Assembly: GCF_037042905.1 (NCBI RefSeq)
Contig: NC_087251.1
Span: 38,938,001 to 39,002,000, forward strand
DNA: 64,000 nucleotides
Direction of reading: 5' to 3'
DNA from: Lytechinus pictus
Taxonomy: Eukaryota
The position numbers were made by a program, and so were the translations under genes. Under the pieces are notes generated by a model. The model had not been told where the DNA came from. It was given only the letters and a program-made list of their open reading frames with translations, and searched no databases. Positions 1-15,000 of this stretch are shown one piece after another. Positions within the stretch are counted from its first letter, which is position 1. Each line of letters starts with the position of its first letter.

Positions 1-3000
1 ATCCTCTTGATTCTCGCTGTAATAATCGGTTAGGATGCTAAAACATCCTAAGGAGCAAAGACGGCTGATTTGGGGGGGTTTCAGGGGAAATATTGAACAA
101 ATATTATTTTGCTCAATTTTGGCAAATTTTCCCAATTTTCCATGTCGCGGGTGGGGCGAGGGGGTCGAAAATTAAAACTCCCTGGAACCTCTTGATTCTC
201 GCTGTAATAATCGATTAGGATGCTAAAACATCCCAGGGAGCAAAGACGGCTGATTTGGGGGGATTTCGGGGGAAATATTGAACAAATATTATTTTGCTCA
301 ATTTTGGCCAATTTTGCCCAATTTTCCATGTCGCGGGTGGGGCGAGGGGGTCGAAAATTCAAACTCCCTGGATCCTCTTGATTCTTGCTGTAATAATCGG
401 TTAGGATGCTAAAACATCCCAGGGAGCGAAGACGGCTGATTTAGGGGGGTTTCGGGGGAAATATTGAACAAATATTATTTTGCTCAATTTTGGCCAATTT
501 TGCCCAATTTTCCATGTCGCGGGTGGGGCGAGGGGGTCGAAAATTCAAACTCCCTGGATCCTCTTGATTCTCGCTGTAATAATCGGTTAGGATGCTAAAA
601 CATCCCAGGGAGCAAAGACGGCTGATTTGGGGGGGTTTCGGGGGAAATATTGAACAAATATTATTTTGCTCAATTTTGGCCAATTTTGTCAAATTTTCCA
701 TGTCGCGGGTGGGGCGAGGGGGTCGAAAATTCAAACTCCCTGGATCCTCTTGATTCTCGCTGTAATAATCGGTTAGGATGCTAAAACATCCCAGGGAGCA
801 AAGACGGCTGATTTGGGGGGGTTTCGGGGGAAATATTGAACAAATATTATTTTGCTCAATTTTGGCCAATTTTGTCAAATTTTCCATGTCGCGGGTGGGG
901 CGAGGGGGTCGAAAATTCAAACTCCCTGGATCCTCTTGATTCTCGCTGTAATAATCGGTTAGGATGCTAAAACATCCCAGGGAGCAAAGACGGCTGATTT
1001 GGGGGGGTTTCGGGGGAAATATTGAACAAATATTATTTTGCTCAATTTTGCCAAATTTTCCATGTCGCGGTTGGGGCGAGGGGGTCGAAAATTCAAAGTC
1101 CCTGGATCTTCTTGATTCTCGCTGTAATAATCGGTTAGGATGCTAAAACATTCCAGGGAGCGAAGACAGCTGATTTGGGGGGGTTTCGGGGGAAATATTG
1201 AACAAATATTATTTTGCTCAATTTTGGCCAATTTTGCCGAATTTTCCATGTCGCGGGTGGGGCAATGGGGTCGAAAATTCAAACTCCCTGGATCCTCTTG
1301 ATTCTCGCTGTAATAATCGGTTAGGATGCTAAAACATCCTAAGGAGCGAAGACGGCTGATTTTGGGGGGGTTTCAGGGGAAATATTGAACAAATATTATT
1401 TTGCTCAATTTTGGCAAATTTTCCCAATTTTCCATGTCGCGGGTGGGGCGAGGGGGTCGAAAATTAAAACTCCCTGGATCCTCTTGATTCTCGCTGTAAT
1501 AATCGATTAGGATGCTAAAACATCCCAGGGAGCGAAGACGGCTGATTTGGGGGGGTTTCGGGGGAAATATTGAACAAATATTATTTTGCTCAATTTTGGC
1601 CAATTTTGCCCAATTTTCCATGTCGCGGGTGGGGCGAGGGGGTCATAATTCAAACTCCCTGGATCCTCTTGATTCTTGCTGTAATAATCGGTTAGGATGC
1701 TAAAACATCCCAGGGAGCGAAGACTGCTGAGTTAGGGGGGTTTCGGGGGAAATATTGAACAAATATTATTTTGGTCAATTTTTGCCAATTTTGCCCAATT
1801 TTTCATGTCGCGGGTGGGGCGAGGGGGTCGAAAATTCAAACTCCCTGGATCCTCTTGATTCTCGCTGTAATAATCGGTTAGGATGCTAAAACATCCCAGG
1901 GAGCAAAGACGGCTGATTTGGGGGGGTTTCGGGGGAAATATTGAACAAATATTATTTTGCTCAATTTTGGCCAATTTTGTCAAATTTTCCATGTCGCGGG
2001 TGGGGCGAGGGGGTCGAAAATTCAAACTCCCTGGATCCTCTTGATTCTCGCTGTAATAATCGGTTAGGATGCTAAAACATCCCAGGGAGCAAAGACGGCT
2101 GATTTGGGGGGGTTTCGGGGGAAATATTGAACAAATATTATTTTGCTCAATTTTTACCAATTTTGCCCAATTTTCCATGTCGCGGTTGGGGCGAGGGGGT
2201 CGAAAATTCAAAGTCCCTGGATCTTCTTGATTCTCGCTGTAATAATCGGTTAGGATTCTAAAACATTCCAGGGAGCGAAGACAGCTGATTTGGGGGGGTT
2301 TCTGGGGAAATATTGAACAAATATTATTTTGCTCAATTTTGGCCAATTTTGCCGAATTTTCCACGTCGCGGGTGGGGCAATGGGGTCGAAAATTCAAACT
2401 CCCTGGATCCTCTTGATTCTCGCTGTAATAATCGGTTAGGATGCTAAAACATCCTAAGGAGCAAAGACGGCTGATTTGGGGGGGTTTCAGGGGAAATATT
2501 GAACAAATATTATTTTGCTCAATTTTGGCAAATTTTCCCAATTTTCCATGTCGCGGGTGGGGCGAGGGGGTCGAAAATTAAAACTCCCTGGAACCTCTTG
2601 ATTCTCGCTGTAATAATCGATTAGGATGCTAAAACATCCCAGGGAGCAAAGACGGCTGATTTGGGGGGATTTCGGGGGAAATATTGAACAAATATTATTT
2701 TGCTCAATTTTGGCCAATTTTGCCCAATTTTCCATGTCGCGGGTGGGGCGAGGGGGTCGAAAATTCAAACTCCCTGGATCCTCTTGATTCTTGCTGTAAT
2801 AATCGGTTAGGATGCTAAAACATCCCAGGGAGCGAAGACGGCTGATTTAGGGGGGTTTCGGGGGAAATATTGAACAAATATTATTTTGCTCAATTTTGGC
2901 CAATTTTGCCCAATTTTCCATGTCGCGGGTGGGGCGAGGGGGTCGAAAATTCAAACTCCCTGGATCCTCTTGATTCTCGCTGTAATAATCGGTTAGGATG

Positions 3001-6000
3001 CTAAAACATCCCAGGGAGCAAAGACGGCTGATTTGGGGGGGTTTCGGGGGAAATATTGAACAAATATTATTTTGCTCAATTTTGGCCAATTTTGTCAAAT
3101 TTTCCATGTCGCGGGTGGGGCGAGGGGGTCGAAAATTCAAACTCCCTGGATCCTCTTGATTCTCGCTGTAATAATCGGTTAGGATGCTAAAACATCCCAG
3201 GGAGCAAAGACGGCTGATTTGGGGGGGTTTCGGGGGAAATATTGAACAAATATTATTTTGCTCAATTTTGGCCAATTTTGTCAAATTTTCCATGTCGCGG
3301 GTGGGGCGAGGGGGTCGAAAATTCAAACTCCCTGGATCCTCTTGATTCTCGCTGTAATAATCGGTTAGGATGCTAAAACATCCCAGGGAGCAAAGACGGC
3401 TGATTTGGGGGGGTTTCGGGGGAAATATTGAACAAATATTATTTTGCTCAATTTTGCCAAATTTTCCATGTCGCGGTTGGGGCGAGGGGGTCGAAAATTC
3501 AAAGTCCCTGGATCTTCTTGATTCTCGCTGTAATAATCGGTTAGGATGCTAAAACATTCCAGGGAGCGAAGACAGCTGATTTGGGGGGGTTTCGGGGGAA
3601 ATATTGAACAAATATTATTTTGCTCAATTTTGGCCAATTTTGCCGAATTTTCCATGTCGCGGGTGGGGCAATGGGGTCGAAAATTCAAACTCCCTGGATC
3701 CTCTTGATTCTCGCTGTAATAATCGGTTAGGATGCTAAAACATCCTAAGGAGCGAAGACGGCTGATTTTGGGGGGTTTCAGGGGAAATATTGAACAAATA
3801 TTATTTTGCTCAATTTTGGCAAATTTTCCCAATTTTCCATGTCGCGGGTGGGGCGAGGGGGTCGAAAATTAAAACTCCCTGGATCCTCTTGATTCTCGCT
3901 GTAATAATCACTTAGGATGCTAAAACATCCCAGGGAGCGAAGACGGCTGATTTTGGGGGGTTTCGGGGAAAATATTGAACAAATATTATTTTGCTCAATT
4001 TTGCCCAATTTTCCATGTCGCGGTGGGGCGAGGGGGTCGAAAATTCAAACTCCCTGGATCCTCTTGATTCTCGCTGTAATAATCGGTTAGGATGCTAAAA
4101 CATCCCAGGGAGCAAAGACGGCTGATTTGGGGGGGTTTCGGGGGAAATATTGAACAAATATTATTTTGCTCAATTTTGGCCAATTTTGCCCAATTTTCCA
4201 TGTCGCGGGTGGGGCGAGGGGGTCGAAAATTCAAACTCCCTGGATCCTCTTGATTCTTGCTGTAATAATCGGTTAGGATGCTAAAACATCCCAGGGAGCG
4301 AAGACGGCTGATTTAGGGGGGTTTCGGGTGAAATATTGAACAAATATTATTTTGCTCAATTTTGGCCAATTTTGCCCAATTTTCCATGTCGCGGGTGGGG
4401 CGAGGGGGTCGAAAATTCAAACTCCCTGGATCCTCTTGATTCTTGCTGTAATAATCGGTTAGGATGCTAAAACATCCCAGGGAGCGAAGACGGCTGATTT
4501 AGGGGGGTTTCGGGGGAAATATTGAACAAATATTATTTTGGTCAATTTTGGCCAATTTTGCCCAATTTTCCATGTCGCGGTTGGGGCGAGGGGGTCGAAA
4601 ATTCAAACTCCCTGGATCTTCTTGATTCTCGCTGTAATAATCGGTTAGGATGCTAAAACATCCCAGGGAGCAAAGACGGCTGATTTGGGGGGGTTTCGGG
4701 GGAAATATTGAACAAATATTATTTTGCTCAATTTTGGCCAATTTTGTCAAATTTTCCATGTCGCGGGTGGGGCGAGGGGGTCGAAAATTCAAACTCCCTG
4801 GATCCTCTTGATTCTCGCTGTAATAATCGGTTCGGATGCTAAAACATCCCAGGGAGCAAAGACGGCTGATTTGGGGGGGTTTCGGGGGAAATATTGAACA
4901 AATATTATTTTGCTCAATTTTGCCCAATTTTCCATGTCGCGGTTGGGGCGAGGGGGTCGAAAATTCAAAGTCCCTGGATCTTCTTGATTCTCGCTGTAAT
5001 AATCGGTTAGGATGCTAAAACATTCCAGGGAGCGAAGACAGCTGATTTGGGGGGGTTTCGGGGGAAATATTGAACAAATATTATTTTGCTCAATTTTGGC
5101 CAATTTTGCCGAATTTTCCATGTCGCGGGTGGGGCAATGGGGTCGAAAATTCAAACTCCCTGGATCCTCTTGATTCTCGCTGTAATAATCGGTTAGGATG
5201 CTAAAACATCCTAAGGAGTGAAGACGGCTGATTTGGGGGGGTTTCAGGGGAAATATTGAACAAATATTATTTTGCTCAATTTTGGCAAATTTTGCCCAAT
5301 TTTCCATGTCGCGGTTGGGGCGAGGGGGTCGAAAATTCAAACTCCCTGGATCCTCTTGATTCTCACCCCCAAATCAGCCGTCTTTGCTCCCTGGGATGCT
5401 TTAGCATCCTAACCGATTATTACAGTGACCCCCTCGGGGTTTCGGGGGAAATATTGAACAAATATTATTTTGCTCAATTTTGGCCAATTTTGTCAAATTT
5501 TCCATGTCGCGGGTGGGGCGAGGGGGTCGAAAATTCAAACTCCCTGGATCCTCTTGATTCTCGCTGTAATAATCGGTTAGGATGCTAAAACATCCCAGGG
5601 AGCAAAGACGGCTGATTTGGGGGGGTTTTGGGGGAAATATTGAACAAATATTATTTTGCTCAATTTTTACCAATTTTGCCCAATTTTCCATGTCGCGGTT
5701 GGGGCGAGGGGGTCGAAAATTCAAAGTCCCTGGATCTTCTTGATTCTCGCTGTAATAATCGGTTAGGATTCTAAAACATTCCAGGGAGCGAAGACAGCTG
5801 ATTTGGGGGGGTTTCGGGGGAAATATTGAACAAATATTATTTTGCTCAATTTTGGCCAATTTTGCCGAATTTTCCACGTCGCGGGTGGGGCAATGGGGTC
5901 GAAAATTCAAACTCCCTGGATCCTCTTGATTCTCGCTGTAATAATCGGTTAGGATGCTAAAACATCCTAAGGAGCAAAGACGGCTGATTTGGGGGGGTTT

Positions 6001-9000
6001 CAGGGGAAATATTGAACAAATATTATTTTGCTCAATTTTGGCAAATTTTCCCAATTTTCCATGTCGCGGGTGGGGCGAGGGGGTCGAAAATTAAAACTCC
6101 CTGGAACCTCTTGATTCTCGCTGTAATAATCGATTAGGATGCTAAAACATCCCAGGGAGCAAAGACGGCTGATTTGGGGGGATTTCGGGGGAAATATTGA
6201 ACAAATATTATTTTGCTCAATTTTGGCCAATTTTGCCCAATTTTCCATGTCGCGGGTGGGGCGAGGGGGTCGAAAATTCAAACTCCCTGGATCCTCTTGA
6301 TTCTTGCTGTAATAATCGGTTAGGATGCTAAAACATCCCAGGGAGCGAAGACGGCTGATTTAGGGGGGTTTCGGGGGAAATATTGAACAAATATTATTTT
6401 GCTCAATTTTGGCCAATTTTGCCCAATTTTCCATGTCGCGGGTGGGGCGAGGGGGTCGAAAATTCAAACTCCCTGGATCCTCTTGATTCTCGCTGTAATA
6501 ATCGGTTAGGATGCTAAAACATCCCAGGGAGCAAAGACGGCTGATTTGGGGGGGTTTCGGGGGAAATATTGAACAAATATTATTTTGCTCAATTTTGGCC
6601 AATTTTGTCAAATTTTCCATGTCGCGGGTGGGGCGAGGGGGTCGAAAATTCAAACTCCCTGGATCCTCTTGATTCTCGCTGTAATAATCGTCGGTTAGGA
6701 TGCTAAAACATCCCAGGGAGCAAAGACGGCTGATTTGGGGGGGGTTTCGGGGGAAATATTGAACAAATATTATTTTGCTCAATTTTGCCAAATTTTCCAT
6801 GTCGCGGTTGGGGCGAGGGGGTCGAAAATTCAAAGTCCCTGGATCCTCTTGATTCTCGCTGTAATAATCGGTTAGGATGCTAAAACATCCCAGGGAGCAA
6901 AGACGGCTGATTTGGGGGGGTTTCGGGGGAAATATTGAACAAATATTATTTTGCTCAATTTTGCCCAATTTTCCATGTCGCGGTTGGGGCGAGGGGGTCG
7001 AAAATTCAAAGTCCCTGGATCTTCTTGATTCTCGCTGTAATAATCGGTTAGGATGCTTAAACATTCCAGGGAGCGAAGACAGCTGATTTGGGGGGGTTTC
7101 GGGGGAAATATTGAACAAATATTATTTTGCTCAATTTTGGCCAATTTTGCCCAATTTTCCATGTCGCGGGTGGGGCGAGGGGGTCGAAAATTCAAACTCC
7201 CTGGATCCTCTTGATTCTCGCTGTAATAATCGGTTAGGATGCTAAAACATCCCAGGGAGCAAAGACGGCTGATTTGGGGGGGTTTCGGGGGAAATATTGA
7301 ACAAATATTATTTTGCTCAATTTTGCCCAATTTTCCATGTCGCGGTTGGGGCGAGCGGGTCGAAAATTCAAAGTCCCTGGATCTTCTTGATTCTCGCTGT
7401 AATAATCGGTTAGGATGCTAAAACATTCCAGGGAGCGAAGACAGCTGATTTGGGGGGGTTTCGGGGGAAATATTGAACAAATATTATTTTGCTCAATTTT
7501 GGCCAATTTTGCCCAATTTTCCATGTCGCGGGTGGGGCGAGGGGGTCGAAAATTCAAACTCCCTGGATCCTCTTGATTCTCGCTGTAATAATCGATTAGG
7601 ATGCTAAAACATCCCAGGGAGCGAAGACGGCTGATTTGGGGGGGTTTCGGGGGAAATATTGAACAAATATTATTTTGCTCAATTTTGGCCAATTTTGCCC
7701 AATTTTCCATGTCGCGGGTGGGGCGAGGGGGTCATAATTCAAACTCCCTGGATCCTCTTGATTCTTGCTGTAATAATCGGTTAGGATGCTAAAACATCCC
7801 AGGGAGCGAAGACTGCTGATTTAGGGGGGTTTCGGGGGAAATATTGAACAAATATTATTTTGGTCAATTTTTGCCAATTTTGCCCAATTTTTCATGTCGC
7901 GGGTGGGGCGAGGGGGTCGAAAATTCAAACTCCCTGGATCCTCTTGATTCTCGCTGTAATAATCGGTTAGGATGCTAAAACATCCCAGGGAGCAAAGACG
8001 GCTGATTTGGGGGGGTTTCGGGGGAAATATTGAACAAATATTATTTTGCTCAATTTTGGCCAATTTTGCCGAATTTTCCACGTCGCGGGTGGGGCAATGG
8101 GGTCGAAAATTCAAACTCCCTGGATCCTCTTGATTCTCGCTGTAATAATCGGTTAGGATGCTAAAACATCCCAGGGAGCAAAGACGGCTGATTTGGGGGG
8201 GTTTCGGGGGAAATATTGAACAAATATTATTTTGCTCAATTTTGGCCAATTTTGTCAAATTTTCCATGTCGCGGGTGGGGCGAGGGGGTCGAAAATTCAA
8301 ACTCCCTGGATCCTCTTGATTCTCGCTGTAATAATCGGTTAGGATGCTAAAACATCCCAGGGAGCAAAGACGGCTGATTTGGGGGGGTTTCGGGGGAAAT
8401 ATTGAACAAATATTATTTTGCTCAATTTTTACCAATTTTGCCCAATTTTCCATGTCGCGGTTGGGGCGAGGGGGTCGAAAATTCAAAGTCCCTGGATCTT
8501 CTTGATTCTCGCTGTAATAATCGGTTAGGATTCTAAAACATTCCAGGGAGCGAAGACAGCTGATTTGGGGGGGTTTCGGGGGAAATATTGAACAAATATT
8601 ATTTTGCTCAATTTTGGCCAATTTTGCCGAATTTTCCACGTCGCGGGTGGGGCAATGGGGTCGAAAATTCAAACTCCCTGGATCCTCTTGATTCTCGCTG
8701 TAATAATCGGTTAGGATGCTAAAACATCCTAAGGAGCAAAGACGGCTGATTTGGGGGGGTTTCAGGGGAAATATTGAACAAATATTATTTTGCTCAATTT
8801 TGGCAAATTTTCCCAATTTTCCATGTCGCGGGTGGGGCGAGGGGGTCGAAAATTAAAACTCCCTGGAACCTCTTGATTCTCGCTGTAATAATCGATTAGG
8901 ATGCTAAAACATCCCAGGGAGCAAAGACGGCTGATTTGGGGGGATTTCGGGGGAAATATTGAACAAATATTATTTTGCTCAATTTTGGCCAATTTTGCCC

Positions 9001-12000
9001 AATTTTCCATGTCGCGGGTGGGGCGAGGGGGTCGAAAATTCAAACTCCCTGGATCCTCTTGATTCTTGCTGTAATAATCGGTTAGGATGCTAAAACATCC
9101 CAGGGAGCGAAGACGGCTGATTTAGGGGGGTTTCGGGGGAAATATTGAACAAATATTATTTTGCTCAATTTTGGCCAATTTTGCCCAATTTTCCATGTCG
9201 CGGGTGGGGCGAGGGGGTCGAAAATTCAAACTCCCTGGATCCTCTTGATTCTCGCTGTAATAATCGGTTAGGATGCTAAAACATCCCAGGGAGCAAAGAC
9301 GGCTGATTTGGGGGGGTTTCGGGGGAAATATTGAACAAATATTATTTTGCTCAATTTTGGCCAATTTTGTCAAATTTTCCATGTCGCGGGTGGGGCGAGG
9401 GGGTCGAAAATTCAAACTCCCTGGATCCTCTTGATTCTCGCTGTAATAATCGGTTAGGATGCTAAAACATCCCAGGGAGCAAAGACGGCTGATTTGGGGG
9501 GGTTTCGGGGGAAATATTGAACAAATATTATTTTGCTCAATTTTGGCCAATTTTGTCAAATTTTCCATGTCGCGGGTGGGGCGAGGGGGTCGAAAATTCA
9601 AACTCCCTGGATCCTCTTGATTCTCGCTGTAATAATCGGTTAGGATGCTAAAACATCCCAGGGAGCAAAGACGGCTGATTTGGGGGGGTTTCGGGGGAAA
9701 TATTGAACAAATATTATTTTGCTCAATTTTGCCAAATTTTCCATGTCGCGGTTGGGGCGAGGGGGTCGAAAATTCAAAGTCCCTGGATCTTCTTGATTCT
9801 CGCTGTAATAATCGGTTAGGATGCTAAAACATTCCAGGGAGCGAAGACAGCTGATTTGGGGGGGTTTCGGGGGAAATATTGAACAAATATTATTTTGCTC
9901 AATTTTGGCCAATTTTGCCGAATTTTCCATGTCGCGGGTGGGGCAATGGGGTCGAAAATTCAAACTCCCTGGATCCTCTTGATTCTCGCTGTAATAATCG
10001 GTTAGGATGCTAAAACATCCTAAGGAGCGAAGACGGCTGATTTTGGGGGGGTTTCAGGGGAAATATTGAACAAATATTATTTTGCTCAATTTTGGCAAAT
10101 TTTCCCAATTTTCCATGTCGCGGGTGGGGCGAGGGGGTCGAAAATTAAAACTCCCTGGATCCTCTTGATTCTCGCTGTAATAATCGATTAGGATGCTAAA
10201 ACATCCCAGGGAGCGAAGACGGCTGATTTGGGGGGGTTTCGGGGGAAATATTGAACAAATATTATTTTGCTCAATTTTGGCCAATTTTGCCCAATTTTCC
10301 ATGTCGCGGGTGGGGCGAGGGGGTCATAATTCAAACTCCCTGGATCCTCTTGATTCTTGCTGTAATAATCGGTTAGGATGCTAAAACATCCCAGGGAGCG
10401 AAGACTGCTGATTTAGGGGGGTTTCGGGGGAAATATTGAACAAATATTATTTTGGTCAATTTTTGCCAATTTTGCCCAATTTTTCATGTCGCGGGTGGGG
10501 CGAGGGGGTCGAAAATTCAAACTCCCTGGATCCTCTTGATTCTCGCTGTAATAATCGGTTAGGATGCTAAAACATCCCAGGGAGCAAAGACGGCTGATTT
10601 GGGGGGGTTTCGGGGGAAATATTGAACAAATATTATTTTGCTCAATTTTGGCCAATTTTGTCAAATTTTCCATGTCGCGGGTGGGGCGAGGGGGTCGAAA
10701 ATTCAAACTCCCTGGATCCTCTTGATTCTCGCTGTAATAATCGGTTAGGATGCTAAAACATCCCAGGGAGCAAAGACGGCTGATTTGGGGGGGTTTCGGG
10801 GGAAATATTGAACAAATATTATTTTGCTCAATTTTTACCAATTTTGCCCAATTTTCCATGTCGCGGTTGGGGCGAGGGGGTCGAAAATTCAAAGTCCCTG
10901 GATCTTCTTGATTCTCGCTGTAATAATCGGTTAGGATTCTAAAACATTCCAGGGAGCGAAGACAGCTGATTTGGGGGGGTTTCTGGGGAAATATTGAACA
11001 AATATTATTTTGCTCAATTTTGGCCAATTTTGCCGAATTTTCCACGTCGCGGGTGGGGCAATGGGGTCGAAAATTCAAACTCCCTGGATCCTCTTGATTC
11101 TCGCTGTAATAATCGGTTAGGATGCTAAAACATCCTAAGGAGCAAAGACGGCTGATTTGGGGGGGTTTCAGGGGAAATATTGAACAAATATTATTTTGCT
11201 CAATTTTGGCAAATTTTCCCAATTTTCCATGTCGCGGGTGGGGCGAGGGGGTCGAAAATTAAAACTCCCTGGAACCTCTTGATTCTCGCTGTAATAATCG
11301 ATTAGGATGCTAAAACATCCCAGGGAGCAAAGACGGCTGATTTGGGGGGATTTCGGGGGAAATATTGAACAAATATTATTTTGCTCAATTTTGGCCAATT
11401 TTGCCCAATTTTCCATGTCGCGGGTGGGGCGAGGGGGTCGAAAATTCAAACTCCCTGGATCCTCTTGATTCTTGCTGTAATAATCGGTTAGGATGCTAAA
11501 ACATCCCAGGGAGCGAAGACGGCTGATTTAGGGGGGTTTCGGGGGAAATATTGAACAAATATTATTTTGCTCAATTTTGGCCAATTTTGCCCAATTTTCC
11601 ATGTCGCGGGTGGGGCGAGGGGGTCGAAAATTCAAACTCCCTGGATCCTCTTGATTCTCGCTGTAATAATCGGTTAGGATGCTAAAACATCCCAGGGAGC
11701 AAAGACGGCTGATTTGGGGGGGTTTCGGGGGAAATATTGAACAAATATTATTTTGCTCAATTTTGGCCAATTTTGTCAAATTTTCCATGTCGCGGGTGGG
11801 GCGAGGGGGTCGAAAATTCAAACTCCCTGGATCCTCTTGATTCTCGCTGTAATAATCGGTTAGGATGCTAAAACATCCCAGGGAGCAAAGACGGCTGATT
11901 TGGGGGGGTTTCGGGGGAAATATTGAACAAATATTATTTTGCTCAATTTTGGCCAATTTTGTCAAATTTTCCATGTCGCGGGTGGGGCGAGGGGGTCGAA

Positions 12001-15000
12001 AATTCAAACTCCCTGGATCCTCTTGATTCTCGCTGTAATAATCGGTTAGGATGCTAAAACATCCCAGGGAGCAAAGACGGCTGATTTGGGGGGGTTTCGG
12101 GGGAAATATTGAACAAATATTATTTTGCTCAATTTTGCCAAATTTTCCATGTCGCGGTTGGGGCGAGGGGGTCGAAAATTCAAAGTCCCTGGATCTTCTT
12201 GATTCTCGCTGTAATAATCGGTTAGGATGCTAAAACATTCCAGGGAGCGAAGACAGCTGATTTGGGGGGGTTTCGGGGGAAATATTGAACAAATATTATT
12301 TTGCTCAATTTTGGCCAATTTTGCCGAATTTTCCATGTCGCGGGTGGGGCAATGGGGTCGAAAATTCAAACTCCCTGGATCCTCTTGATTCTCGCTGTAA
12401 TAATCGGTTAGGATGCTAAAACATCCTAAGGAGCGAAGACGGCTGATTTTGGGGGGTTTCAGGGGAAATATTGAACAAATATTATTTTGCTCAATTTTGG
12501 CAAATTTTCCCAATTTTCCATGTCGCGGGTGGGGCGAGGGGGTCGAAAATTAAAACTCCCTGGATCCTCTTGATTCTCGCTGTAATAATCACTTAGGATG
12601 CTAAAACATCCCAGGGAGCGAAGACGGCTGATTTTGGGGGGTTTCGGGGAAAATATTGAACAAATATTATTTTGCTCAATTTTGCCCAATTTTCCATGTC
12701 GCGGTGGGGCGAGGGGGTCGAAAATTCAAACTCCCTGGATCCTCTTGATTCTCGCTGTAATAATCGGTTAGGATGCTAAAACATCCCAGGGAGCAAAGAC
12801 GGCTGATTTGGGGGGGTTTCGGGGGAAATATTGAACAAATATTATTTTGCTCAATTTTGGCCAATTTTGCCCAATTTTCCATGTCGCGGGTGGGGCGAGG
12901 GGGTCGAAAATTCAAACTCCCTGGATCCTCTTGATTCTTGCTGTAATAATCGGTTAGGATGCTAAAACATCCCAGGGAGCGAAGACGGCTGATTTAGGGG
13001 GGTTTCGGGTGAAATATTGAACAAATATTATTTTGCTCAATTTTGGCCAATTTTGCCCAATTTTCCATGTCGCGGGTGGGGCGAGGGGGTCGAAAATTCA
13101 AACTCCCTGGATCCTCTTGATTCTTGCTGTAATAATCGGTTAGGATGCTAAAACATCCCAGGGAGCGAAGACGGCTGATTTAGGGGGGTTTCGGGGGAAA
13201 TATTGAACAAATATTATTTTGGTCAATTTTGGCCAATTTTGCCCAATTTTCCATGTCGCGGTTGGGGCGAGGGGGTCGAAAATTCAAACTCCCTGGATCT
13301 TCTTGATTCTCGCTGTAATAATCGGTTAGGATGCTAAAACATCCCAGGGAGCAAAGACGGCTGATTTGGGGGGGTTTCGGGGGAAATATTGAACAAATAT
13401 TATTTTGCTCAATTTTGGCCAATTTTGTCAAATTTTCCATGTCGCGGGTGGGGCGAGGGGGTCGAAAATTCAAACTCCCTGGATCCTCTTGATTCTCGCT
13501 GTAATAATCGGTTCGGATGCTAAAACATCCCAGGGAGCAAAGACGGCTGATTTGGGGGGGTTTCGGGGGAAATATTGAACAAATATTATTTTGCTCAATT
13601 TTGCCCAATTTTCCATGTCGCGGTTGGGGCGAGGGGGTCGAAAATTCAAAGTCCCTGGATCTTCTTGATTCTCGCTGTAATAATCGGTTAGGATGCTAAA
13701 ACATTCCAGGGAGCGAAGACAGCTGATTTGGGGGGGTTTCGGGGGAAATATTGAACAAATATTATTTTGCTCAATTTTGGCCAATTTTGCCGAATTTTCC
13801 ATGTCGCGGGTGGGGCAATGGGGTCGAAAATTCAAACTCCCTGGATCCTCTTGATTCTCGCTGTAATAATCGGTTAGGATGCTAAAACATCCTAAGGAGT
13901 GAAGACGGCTGATTTGGGGGGGTTTCAGGGGAAATATTGAACAAATATTATTTTGCTCAATTTTGGCAAATTTTGCCCAATTTTCCATGTCGCGGTTGGG
14001 GCGAGGGGGTCGAAAATTCAAACTCCCTGGATCCTCTTGATTCTCACCCCCAAATCAGCCGTCTTTGCTCCCTGGGATGCTTTAGCATCCTAACCGATTA
14101 TTACAGTGACCCCCTCGGGGTTTCGGGGGAAATATTGAACAAATATTATTTTGCTCAATTTTGGCCAATTTTGTCAAATTTTCCATGTCGCGGGTGGGGC
14201 GAGGGGGTCGAAAATTCAAACTCCCTGGATCCTCTTGATTCTCGCTGTAATAATCGGTTAGGATGCTAAAACATCCCAGGGAGCAAAGACGGCTGATTTG
14301 GGGGGGTTTTGGGGGAAATATTGAACAAATATTATTTTGCTCAATTTTTACCAATTTTGCCCAATTTTCCATGTCGCGGTTGGGGCGAGGGGGTCGAAAA
14401 TTCAAAGTCCCTGGATCTTCTTGATTCTCGCTGTAATAATCGGTTAGGATTCTAAAACATTCCAGGGAGCGAAGACAGCTGATTTGGGGGGGTTTCGGGG
14501 GAAATATTGAACAAATATTATTTTGCTCAATTTTGGCCAATTTTGCCGAATTTTCCACGTCGCGGGTGGGGCAATGGGGTCGAAAATTCAAACTCCCTGG
14601 ATCCTCTTGATTCTCGCTGTAATAATCGGTTAGGATGCTAAAACATCCTAAGGAGCAAAGACGGCTGATTTGGGGGGGTTTCAGGGGAAATATTGAACAA
14701 ATATTATTTTGCTCAATTTTGGCAAATTTTCCCAATTTTCCATGTCGCGGGTGGGGCGAGGGGGTCGAAAATTAAAACTCCCTGGAACCTCTTGATTCTC
14801 GCTGTAATAATCGATTAGGATGCTAAAACATCCCAGGGAGCAAAGACGGCTGATTTGGGGGGATTTCGGGGGAAATATTGAACAAATATTATTTTGCTCA
14901 ATTTTGGCCAATTTTGCCCAATTTTCCATGTCGCGGGTGGGGCGAGGGGGTCGAAAATTCAAACTCCCTGGATCCTCTTGATTCTTGCTGTAATAATCGG

